A DNA stretch of 64,000 nt from Candidatus Saccharimonadota bacterium (lineage in GTDB: Bacteria; Patescibacteriota; Saccharimonadia; Saccharimonadales; AWTP1-31). The translations under genes and the position numbers were made by a program. The first letter of the stretch is position 1. Every line of letters starts with the position of its first letter. The DNA is taken from the NCBI GenBank assembly GCA_003962975.1, contig RXKC01000005.1, positions 52,751-116,750 of the forward strand, written 5' to 3'. The notes under the pieces were generated by a model that was given only the letters and a program-made list of their open reading frames with translations, ran no database searches and was not told the origin of the DNA. Shown here piece after piece: positions 56,460-64,000 of the stretch.

Positions 56460-57713
56460 ATGGAGTCATCCTCGCCAACTTTCCCGCCTGAGCAATCTCA
56501 ACCGCCTCGGTTTAGTCGCAACCGGAAGGTGCTTCTAGCTGGCCTCATGTTATTTATTATCGGTGTGGTTGTAACTGGCTTGTGGATTCGAAGTAAGGAT
56601 AGCAAAAAACCGCCTGTCCAAAAAACGGGTTCCAGTCAGGTAAAGAAAACTGTCGAAGCCAATAACCCAAAAAGTATACGACTTATTGCTAGCGGCGACA
56701 CCATCGCCCACGATGCCCTGAATGCTCAGGCAAAGTTGCCAGATGGAACATATGACTACTACCAGTTCATAAAGCCATTACAGCCATACTTTGACAAAGC
56801 GCAGGTGCGGTTCTGTAACCAAGCGGTGCCCGGTGCCGGCCCTGCCTTTGGTATTCGAGGGTACCCTATTTTTAATTCACCACTTGAAGTAGCTCGCGAT
56901 ATGAATCGTCTCGGCTGCAATGTTGTCAACACAGGTACCAACCATACCTTTGATTTAGGTCAACAGGTTATCGATGCACAGCTCAACTATTGGGACACCC
57001 TGCCCAATATGCTGGCAGTAGCTGGCGCAAATAGAAGCAACGAAGAACAACAAAAAGTGCGCTATTTTACGAGTCAAGGTGTACGCTTTGCCTTTGTGTC
57101 ATATTCAACGTACAGCAATATAACTCCACCAAATGCATATGGCTTGAATATGTACAGTCAAGCGATTGCTCAAGTGCAGCTAACTGAGGCTCGTCAGAAG
57201 GCTGATGTTGTACTGGTTAGTATGCGTTGGGGTACCGAATATAGTCCGGCCATTAATGGTCAGCAAGAGCAGATTGCTCAGCAGCTCGCTGACCTGGGGG
57301 CTGATGTTGTGCTGGGCCACGGCCCGCACGTTCTGCAGCCAGTCAAACAACTTAGTGGTGCTAATGGACGTAAAACGTTGGTGTGGTTTTCTATTGGAAA
57401 TTTTTTGAACGCTCAATTACCCGTTCAAGCCCTGGTAAGTGGCTTGGTTGTGCTGGATATAGATATTGTCACCAAGTCTGTGCAGCCACCAAAATACCTA
57501 CCGATTTATATGCACTATGAATGGACGGCTGAAGAAAAGGCACGAGAGGATTTGCTCAAGAGACGTGCTTTTACTATGGTGCCGCTCGATAAGGCAGAAG
57601 ATCTGTTGGCACGATCACAGCTGGGCACCAACGTTACTGCGCAAACCGACTATGTGCAAAAACTGCTCAACCAATTTACACCAGTCACAATTATAGATTC
57701 TAAAACCTACTAG
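56460..57713 (+). CDS. CapA/PGA_cap-family metallophosphatase-like membrane-anchored protein
   Basis: Start at MESSSP. TM segment followed by IASGDTIAHD, NTGTNHTFD and VLGHGPHVLQP blocks typical of the CapA family. Confidence 0.75.
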   Translation: MESSSPTFPPEQSQPPRFSRNRKVLLAGLMLFIIGVVVTGLWIRSKDSKKPPVQKTGSSQVKKTVEANNPKSIRLIASGDTIAHDALNAQAKLPDGTYDYYQFIKPLQPYFDKAQVRFCNQAVPGAGPAFGIRGYPIFNSPLEVARDMNRLGCNVVNTGTNHTFDLGQQVIDAQLNYWDTLPNMLAVAGANRSNEEQQKVRYFTSQGVRFAFVSYSTYSNITPPNAYGLNMYSQAIAQVQLTEARQKADVVLVSMRWGTEYSPAINGQQEQIAQQLADLGADVVLGHGPHVLQPVKQLSGANGRKTLVWFSIGNFLNAQLPVQALVSGLVVLDIDIVTKSVQPPKYLPIYMHYEWTAEEKAREDLLKRRAFTMVPLDKAEDLLARSQLGTNVTAQTDYVQKLLNQFTPVTIIDSKTY

Positions 57714-58471
57714 TCGAGGAGAAACTCTTCGAGCGCCTGGCCATTTTTCTTAAGTTCACTGGCAAGTTCCTTGCCAACAAAGCGTAGATGCCACGGTTCA
57801 TGGTCATAACCCGTAAAGCTTTCCTTGCCCTGTAAATAGTGAATGATAAGTCCATGCTCATGCGCATGTTCTACTACCCATTTGCCTGCTTGGGTACTCG
57901 CAAAATCAGTTGTTAGTTCACAGGCAGAGCCTCTGACACATATATCAAAAGCCAGTCCAGTCTGGTGCTCGCTAGTACCAGGTTTGGCGCTGTAGCGGTC
58001 GGCGGCTGCTTGGCCATCTCGAGCAACATAGCCGTTATATAACTGGGTTTGGTAGACTTCAGACCGATAGCCGCTGGCGAATGTGAGTGGTACTCCGGCA
58101 GCGTCTGCAGCACCAAAGAAACTCTCGACACTGGGAATGATCGAAGCACTAAGCTTCATCTGTTCACTACTCGCAGTCAGTCGCAGCGATACGTTTGGTA
58201 CTGCCAAATCACCAGGAATGTAGCCGGCTGGCAACGGACGATTTTTATTAACAATCCACCACGGGCTGCCTGGCTGATCGATGGAATGTAGTGAAGAATC
58301 AAATGTATCTGGTGTTGTGTCTCGCGGCAATGTTCGTGCGGTTTGTGGTTCACTAGCGGTAGTGGTTTTTGGTGCAGTCACCGTTGAGCTGCGTATGATA
58401 AATAGCACCAGGACCAGCAAGCACAAGAAGGTGCTGATAGCGACAAGTAGGAATTTTTTTCGCATGTTCAT
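57710..58471 (-). CDS. VanY/M15B-type D-alanyl-D-alanine carboxypeptidase
   Basis: Signal/TM N-terminus, then SGYRSEVYQ, SEHQTGLAFD (H-x6-D) and EPWHLRFVG (ExxH) zinc-peptidase motifs. Confidence 0.8.
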   Translation of the reverse strand: MNMRKKFLLVAISTFLCLLVLVLFIIRSSTVTAPKTTTASEPQTARTLPRDTTPDTFDSSLHSIDQPGSPWWIVNKNRPLPAGYIPGDLAVPNVSLRLTASSEQMKLSASIIPSVESFFGAADAAGVPLTFASGYRSEVYQTQLYNGYVARDGQAAADRYSAKPGTSEHQTGLAFDICVRGSACELTTDFASTQAGKWVVEHAHEHGLIIHYLQGKESFTGYDHEPWHLRFVGKELASELKKNGQALEEFLLD

Positions 58472-58549
58472 AGTATATCAGTCGTAAAACTCACGAAAAC
58501 AGATGCTTATGCTTGGCAAGGACGTAATTTTCACGTACATTTTCTGGTA

Positions 58550-59479
58550 ATGGCAAAAGAAAAAAAGACCGCCGAGGACTACATCGTCCCCTTGCTCATG
58601 AACGGCCTAGAAGGCCGCATGTTGCATATGCCGGCACCTAAAGGTAAAACGCGAGAAATGCTGTTTATCTATGGACACCACTCAAGTCTGGAACGTCAGT
58701 TTGGTGTCATGCAAGTACTTAACCGGTACGGCTCGGTCACCATGCCTGACCTGCCGGGCTTTGGCGGTATGGAGAGCTTTTATAAGATTGGCCTCAAACC
58801 GAACATCGATAACCTGGCTGATTATTTAGCGGCTTTTGTGAAGATGCGTTACAAGCGCAAGAAAGTAACCATAGTTGGCATGTCGTTAGGGTTTGCGGTT
58901 GCGACCCGTATGTTGCAACGTTGCCCAGAACTCACAAAAAAAGTGAATTTAGTCGTCAGTGTGGTTGGCTTTGTGCATCACGAAGAATTTATCTTTTCTC
59001 GGCGCAATTTCTTGCTTTTCCGATACGGTGCTAGTTTCTTTTCTAACCGCTTACCTGCAGCCTTTGTAAAGCATGTGGTGCTCCGGCCTTCGCTTATTCG
59101 TGCAACTTACAAGCTGGTGGCGGATAGTAATGCCAAAATGCAAGATGCCGATGAAGCCGAGCGAAAACGACGCATCGATTTCGAGATTGACTTGTGGCGC
59201 ATGAACGATCCTCGTACATACATGGATACCTCGGTTTCGATGCTGCGGCTTGATTTATTGAAAGACCGTATAGATCTGCCGGTGTACCATATTGGAGTAA
59301 AAGAAGATCGATATTTTGATAATCACGTTGTAGAGCAGCATTTGAACATTGTGTATAACAAAGTGCACATCATTCAGACGAGCTTTAATAATCATGCCCC
59401 CACAGTGATCGCTGATGCTGCGGCCGCCAGTAGCTTTATTCCGCCACGCCTAAAACGTTTGCTCGCAGCTAAGCCGTAG
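58550..59479 (+). CDS. alpha/beta-fold hydrolase
   Basis: 309 aa with the nucleophile elbow VGMSLGF and YGHHSSLERQ near the N-terminus. Confidence 0.6.
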   Translation: MAKEKKTAEDYIVPLLMNGLEGRMLHMPAPKGKTREMLFIYGHHSSLERQFGVMQVLNRYGSVTMPDLPGFGGMESFYKIGLKPNIDNLADYLAAFVKMRYKRKKVTIVGMSLGFAVATRMLQRCPELTKKVNLVVSVVGFVHHEEFIFSRRNFLLFRYGASFFSNRLPAAFVKHVVLRPSLIRATYKLVADSNAKMQDADEAERKRRIDFEIDLWRMNDPRTYMDTSVSMLRLDLLKDRIDLPVYHIGVKEDRYFDNHVVEQHLNIVYNKVHIIQTSFNNHAPTVIADAAAASSFIPPRLKRLLAAKP

Positions 59480-59509
59480 CTATCGTTAGTTTGCTATACT
59501 GGTACCAAC

Positions 59510-60643
59510 ATGCGTATTGGACTTGTTTGCCCATATAATTTCTATCGACCTGGTGGCGTCCAAATCTGTATACGTGAAATGGCTGAAGAATTGCGCAAAC
59601 GCGGTCATTACATACGCATTATTGCCCCTAAGCCTCGCAAGTTACCAGATGTTGTGGACGACGACGTTATCCTTATTGGTAATTCTGCTGAGCTGAAAGC
59701 CTTTGCGACGAAAGTTGATGTTGGAGCTAGTGTTTCCAATACTAAGCTCGAGCAAATCCTGACTGAGCACCAGTTTGACGTTATCCATTTTCATGAGCCT
59801 GGCTTACCTTTCCTAAGTATGCAGCTGGTTGGTCTATCTAGCGCAGCTCATGTTGCAACATTACACGCAACATTGCCCCAAGGAATGGTGACGAAGTCAT
59901 ACCAAACATTAATGCGTCCGGTTGCCAAGTATATTAACACCCGGGTGGATGTGATTAGCGCCGTTTCACCAGTTGCCGAAGCCACTGGTCGGGTGTATAT
60001 TCCAGACGCTACCATTACGATTGTGCCTAACGGCATCAAGCTCAAAGACTACAAGCCAAAAGCACCAGTTAAGCGCTCTGCTGGTCCGAAAACAATTGTC
60101 TACGTTGGACGGCTCGAAAAACGTAAAGGCGTGAAGTACTTGTTAGAGGCCTTTGCCCTGCTACGTACAGAGCACAATGCCCGCTTAATTATTGCTGGTC
60201 AAGGCGATCTTCGTCCGACGCTTGAAGCCTATGTCGATAAACATGACATAAAAGGTGTTACGTTTAAGGGCTATGTTTCGGAAGATGAAAAAATCACACT
60301 TATGCAAAAGGCAGATCTTTATTGTAGCCCGGCTCCATACGGCGAAAGTTTTGGAATTGTGTTGCTAGAAGCTATGGCTGCAGGAACGGTAGTTGTTGCT
60401 GGTAATAACCCTGGCTATGCCAGCGTAATGACCGGAAAAGGTCGTTTGAGCTTAGTAAATCCAGAGTCAACGGTTGACTTTGCACAGCGGCTCGAGCTGA
60501 TGCTCTATGACGAAGAAGTTCGATCTCTGTGGTTGAAATGGGCCAAGCAACACGTTGAGCAGTTTGATTATGTGAAAGTTGTTGATCAGTACGAAGCACT
60601 TTACAAGAAAGCCTTGCGGACGCGAAAGGCTCGAACAACCTAG
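59510..60643 (+). CDS. glycosyltransferase family 4 (PimA-like)
   Basis: GT-B fold blocks: MRIGLVCPY..GGVQ, GRLEKRKG, ESFGIVLLEAMAAG. Confidence 0.85.
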   Translation: MRIGLVCPYNFYRPGGVQICIREMAEELRKRGHYIRIIAPKPRKLPDVVDDDVILIGNSAELKAFATKVDVGASVSNTKLEQILTEHQFDVIHFHEPGLPFLSMQLVGLSSAAHVATLHATLPQGMVTKSYQTLMRPVAKYINTRVDVISAVSPVAEATGRVYIPDATITIVPNGIKLKDYKPKAPVKRSAGPKTIVYVGRLEKRKGVKYLLEAFALLRTEHNARLIIAGQGDLRPTLEAYVDKHDIKGVTFKGYVSEDEKITLMQKADLYCSPAPYGESFGIVLLEAMAAGTVVVAGNNPGYASVMTGKGRLSLVNPESTVDFAQRLELMLYDEEVRSLWLKWAKQHVEQFDYVKVVDQYEALYKKALRTRKARTT

Positions 60644-60645
60644 TT

Positions 60646-61794
60646 ATGAAAATTGGCTTTGTGCTTGACGACGGACTTGATGCTACTGACGGTGTGCAGC
60701 AGTATGTTTTAACGCTTGGCACATGGTTACTCAAGCAAGGCCATGACGTTCACTATCTGGTTGGTCAAACAGTACGAGACGATATTCCAAATATTCACAG
60801 CCTCGGAAAAAATCTGACAGTACGATTCAATGGGAATCGTTTATCTATTCCCTTCTCGAGTTCAAAGAAAAAAATTGTGCAATTACTCCAGCAGGAACAG
60901 TTCGATGTATTACATGTTCAGATGCCATACAGTCCACAACTTGCTGGAAAAGTAATTAGCGCAGCGCCACAAACCACGGCAGTTGTAGGTACTTTCCATA
61001 TCCTGCCCTACGGGCGAGTACAGGCTGCAGCCACGTGGGCGCTGTCCAAAGTGGTTGCTCCCAGTTTGAGGCGCTTCGACAGTATTGTGACGGTTTCGAC
61101 GGCGGCACAGGGCTTTGCTAAAAAATATATGAATATCACTAGCAGTGTTGTTCCTAATGCCGTTAGTCTGGCGAAGTTTGCAAAAGGCGCGCGCAAGAAA
61201 AAGTCTGCACAAACTCGTCAGCGTATCATTTTCCTCGGGCGGCTGGTACCTAGAAAAGGTTGTATTGAGTTGCTGCAGGCGGTCGACCAACTGGTTAATG
61301 TACATAAAGTTACTGACTTTGAAGTGGTGATTGCCGGTCATGGTCAACAGCGAGCTAAGATTGAAGAATTCATTGCAGAAAAGAAGTTAGGCGACTATGT
61401 TTCTATGTCTGGTTGGCTGACTGAAGCCGATAAGCCGCATTTCTTAAGTAATGCTGATATTGCAGTCTTCCCGAGCATTGCGGGCGAAAGCTTCGGTATT
61501 GTGCTGGTAGAAGCAATTGCAGCCGGCGCTGGAGTGGTGTTGGGTGGTGACAATCCGGGGTACCGTTATGTACTTGAAGACGAAGAAGCTCTGGTATCAC
61601 CAAAAGATACTGCTGTTTTTGCAGAGCGATTGCGCGCGTTACTGCGAGATCCGAAACTACGGTCACGTTTACAAAAGGCACAGCAGAAACGCATAGAAGA
61701 CTTTGATGTTGCTGTAGTTGGCGGACAGATTGAGCATATATACCAACGTGAAATTGCAAAACGAGCCAAGAAAAGTGATAATGGTAACAAGTAA
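60646..61794 (+). CDS. glycosyltransferase family 4 (paralog of upstream gene)
   Basis: MKIGFVLDD..DGVQ, GRLVPRKG, ESFGIVLVEAIAAG. Starts 3 nt after the upstream stop. Confidence 0.85.
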   Translation: MKIGFVLDDGLDATDGVQQYVLTLGTWLLKQGHDVHYLVGQTVRDDIPNIHSLGKNLTVRFNGNRLSIPFSSSKKKIVQLLQQEQFDVLHVQMPYSPQLAGKVISAAPQTTAVVGTFHILPYGRVQAAATWALSKVVAPSLRRFDSIVTVSTAAQGFAKKYMNITSSVVPNAVSLAKFAKGARKKKSAQTRQRIIFLGRLVPRKGCIELLQAVDQLVNVHKVTDFEVVIAGHGQQRAKIEEFIAEKKLGDYVSMSGWLTEADKPHFLSNADIAVFPSIAGESFGIVLVEAIAAGAGVVLGGDNPGYRYVLEDEEALVSPKDTAVFAERLRALLRDPKLRSRLQKAQQKRIEDFDVAVVGGQIEHIYQREIAKRAKKSDNGNK

Positions 61795-61842
61795 CAGTAA
61801 TAGCCCACACGGGCGATCTGACTGAAAGGTAGCACCACCGCT

Positions 61843-62916
61843 ATGCAGACAACCAAAACTGAAATTACCGTCTCAAACAAAACTATTATCCGAGTCATCG
61901 TTATCGTGGTGGCAACCTTCTTGGGCATCAATTTCTTAGTACGAATTAGTCAGCCTTTGACACTTATTTTTTCATCATTTTTTTTGGCAATGGCGCTTAA
62001 CCCAGCAGTGAGCTGGATAAGTAAAAAACTGCGCATCAAAAGTCGTGCTGCCGCCACAGGCATTGCCTATGTGAGCGTGTTACTGTTCTTGGTTGCTTTT
62101 TTGTCTGCAGTTGTACCGCCGTTAGTGCGCCAGACATCTGATTTTATCGGTGACTTGCCGGCTACTGTCGAAAGCTTACAAGACCGTGAAAAGGGTTTGG
62201 GACGAATGGTTCATCGTTATGGTCTGGAAGAGAATGTTGAAAAGCTAGCCAACGATATGCGCTCACGCATTGGCGATCTTGGTAAGCCGGTTCTATCGAC
62301 GGCTGGTAAGGTCGGTAGTGCCGTCGTTTCCCTTATCGCAGTACTGGTTATGACATTCATGATGCTTGTAGAAGGACCGATCTGGTTTGAAAAAATCATG
62401 CGCATGCAAAAGAAAGATAAACGTCAGCATCGCAGAGAATTGGCTTTCCAGATGTATCAAGTCATCACTAATTATGTAAACGGCCAGCTGTTGATCGCCG
62501 CTATTGCGTCATTCTTTGCCTTCATTGCGATGATGATAGCTGGCACCATTTTTGATGTGCCAATCAACGCTATCGGCTTAGCTGGAATTATTGCTCTGAC
62601 TGGACTGATTCCAATGATTGGCAACACTATCGGGGCAGCCATTGTTGTATTAGTCTGTGCACTCAGTTCATTCCCGCTAGCAATAACCATGGGTATTTTC
62701 TTCTTGCTCTATCAGCAGATCGAAAACGTAACCATTCAGCCATACATACAGTCCAAGAAAAATGAGTTAACACCGCTGCTGGTCTTTATTGCCGCGCTTT
62801 GTGGTGTGGGTCTCGGTGGCCTACTCGGTGCGTTCGTGGCTATACCCCTCGCAGCCTGCTTGCGCATTCTCTTTCTTGACTACTACGCGCGACGAGTAGC
62901 AAAAGCCGACCAGTAA
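61843..62916 (+). CDS. AI-2E family transporter (PerM/YhhT-like)
   Basis: 357 aa, polytopic, with the family-typical layout and a C-terminal NVTIQPYI..S block. Confidence 0.7.
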   Translation: MQTTKTEITVSNKTIIRVIVIVVATFLGINFLVRISQPLTLIFSSFFLAMALNPAVSWISKKLRIKSRAAATGIAYVSVLLFLVAFLSAVVPPLVRQTSDFIGDLPATVESLQDREKGLGRMVHRYGLEENVEKLANDMRSRIGDLGKPVLSTAGKVGSAVVSLIAVLVMTFMMLVEGPIWFEKIMRMQKKDKRQHRRELAFQMYQVITNYVNGQLLIAAIASFFAFIAMMIAGTIFDVPINAIGLAGIIALTGLIPMIGNTIGAAIVVLVCALSSFPLAITMGIFFLLYQQIENVTIQPYIQSKKNELTPLLVFIAALCGVGLGGLLGAFVAIPLAACLRILFLDYYARRVAKADQ

Positions 62917-62923
62917 GTCTCTA

Positions 62924-64000
62924 TCAGTCTTTTATACGACTCCATTGCTGCCCGTAGTCGGTGTCACGGATGGCAATTCCCTGCTCTTTGAGCTCATCAC
63001 GCAAGCTGTCTGACTCGGCCCAATCTTTTGTGTCACGAGCCTTCTGTCGTGCTGTAAGCAAATCTTTCTGTTGCTGAGTAATATCGGGTCGGCCATCCAG
63101 GTTGAGCCCAAAAATACTATCGATAAAGGCTAACATGCCCTCGGTATGTTCTCCCTCGACTCCCGGAATTGGAATGTTAGACATGTATGAAACTAGTTTG
63201 CCAAGCTCTGCCAGTGCGAGCGGTGTATTCAAGTCGTTCTGTAAGGCCGCTAGGATGTTTGATTTTGTATTGCGGAAAAGCTCGTCAAGCTCGGTGGGCA
63301 TTGTGTCAGTACTCGGCTGGTGACGCAGATCTGCCCAGGCTCGTAGTTCATTAAGTCGGTTTTGCGCAGCATCAAGTATCTCCCAGGTAAAGTTGCCCTC
63401 GGTGCGGTAGTGCTTGCTGAGTACCAGCAGCTTGAAAGCTTCAAGGTCGTAACCTCGGTCGGTAATGTCCTGGAGCGTGAAGCCGTTACCAAGAGATTTG
63501 CTGATCTTAGTACCATTTACTTTTAGGTGATTACCATGCACCCAGAACTGAGAAAAACGTTTTTTCGTTAGTGATTCTGTTTGAGCGATTTCGTTAGTAT
63601 GATGCACAGGAATATGGTCGATGCCGCCAGTATGAATATCTATTTGCTCGCCCAGTAACTCTCCTGCCATGACGGAACATTCTAGGTGCCAGCCTGGAAA
63701 GCCTTTGCCAGGTGTGCCTGGTAATGGATTGTCCCATTCCATATCACGCTTCTCGCTTGGGTCTGAAAACTTCCAGACAGCAAAGTCTGTCGGGTTCTTC
63801 TTGCCCGTGTCAGCAACACGTGCGCCAAAGCGCAAGCCGTCAATATCAAGACGAGCTAATTCGCCGTAGTTTTTGAGCTTGCTTGTATCAAAGTAAATGC
63901 CATCGGTAATTGTGTAGGTAAAACCTTTTTCATCCAAAGCTCTTACAAATTCAGCTTGCTGTTCAATGTATTCGGTGGCGCGAGGCATGTGTGTTGGACG
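62924..64000 (-). CDS. cysS: cysteine--tRNA ligase, 3' part (5' end outside window)
   Basis: DIHTGGIDHIPVHHTNEIAQ and KISKSLGN (KMSKS) motifs plus a C-terminal anticodon-binding/DALR-like region. The reading frame stays open to the window edge. Confidence 0.85.
   Translation of the reverse strand, partial: RPTHMPRATEYIEQQAEFVRALDEKGFTYTITDGIYFDTSKLKNYGELARLDIDGLRFGARVADTGKKNPTDFAVWKFSDPSEKRDMEWDNPLPGTPGKGFPGWHLECSVMAGELLGEQIDIHTGGIDHIPVHHTNEIAQTESLTKKRFSQFWVHGNHLKVNGTKISKSLGNGFTLQDITDRGYDLEAFKLLVLSKHYRTEGNFTWEILDAAQNRLNELRAWADLRHQPSTDTMPTELDELFRNTKSNILAALQNDLNTPLALAELGKLVSYMSNIPIPGVEGEHTEGMLAFIDSIFGLNLDGRPDITQQQKDLLTARQKARDTKDWAESDSLRDELKEQGIAIRDTDYGQQWSRIKD

Overview
This 64-kb window comes from a compact, gene-dense bacterial genome. 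All three stop codons are used, TGA included, so the genetic code is standard. The gene content suggests a Patescibacteria/Saccharibacteria-like organism, but that is inference only. The supporting features are a minimal F1Fo operon, an Rpf/LysM wall hydrolase, actinobacterial-type genes, many orphan hypotheticals and surface GH/GT genes.

Core region 1 (1-32.5 kb) contains:
- tRNA-Asn and smpB
- a polysaccharide GH/GT cluster with a broken GH114-like gene
- a secreted thermonuclease
- a large acidic protein with a RelE/ParE-like C-terminus
- a corrinoid adenosyltransferase and a glutaredoxin-like gene
- an atpBEFHAGDC operon carrying two extra translationally coupled small ORFs (between gamma/beta and beta/epsilon) and a structured 200-nt spacer between c and b
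- an aquaporin with a Lys/Ala-rich tail
- a UvrD-type helicase-nuclease and NDH-2
- an orphan OmpR-type response regulator lacking the phospho-acceptor Asp
- a long-form GMP synthase and Rpf

The accessory region (about 32.55-55.02 kb) looks like a ~22.5-kb genomic island inserted at the 3' end of tRNA-Gln. A 15-16 nt direct repeat flanks it. At the distal end, an orphaned tRNA-type terminator sits next to a CTAGCCA tRNA-end remnant. A large serine recombinase lies next to the tRNA. The island cargo includes:
- a co-directional AT-richer block of small-molecule or nucleotide-modifying enzymes
- an ARE-like ABC-F gene with a leader-peptide/terminator attenuator, plus an MFS pump
- an XRE regulator and a TraD/VirD4-like ATPase
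- a PIN nuclease with a large partner protein
- a tightly coupled three-gene operon, which I rate as the best candidate for an undescribed defence/R-M-like system. It encodes a GIY-YIG+DUF4357 protein, a 1352-aa T5orf172-like/SF2 helicase/NPPY methyltransferase fusion, and a catalytic-motif-less 'half methyltransferase'.

Core region 2 (55.2-64 kb) contains cell-wall genes (PBP5-type and VanY-type carboxypeptidases, CapA), an alpha/beta hydrolase, two GT4 paralogs, an AI-2E transporter and a 3' fragment of cysS.

I saw no rRNA and no CRISPR array.
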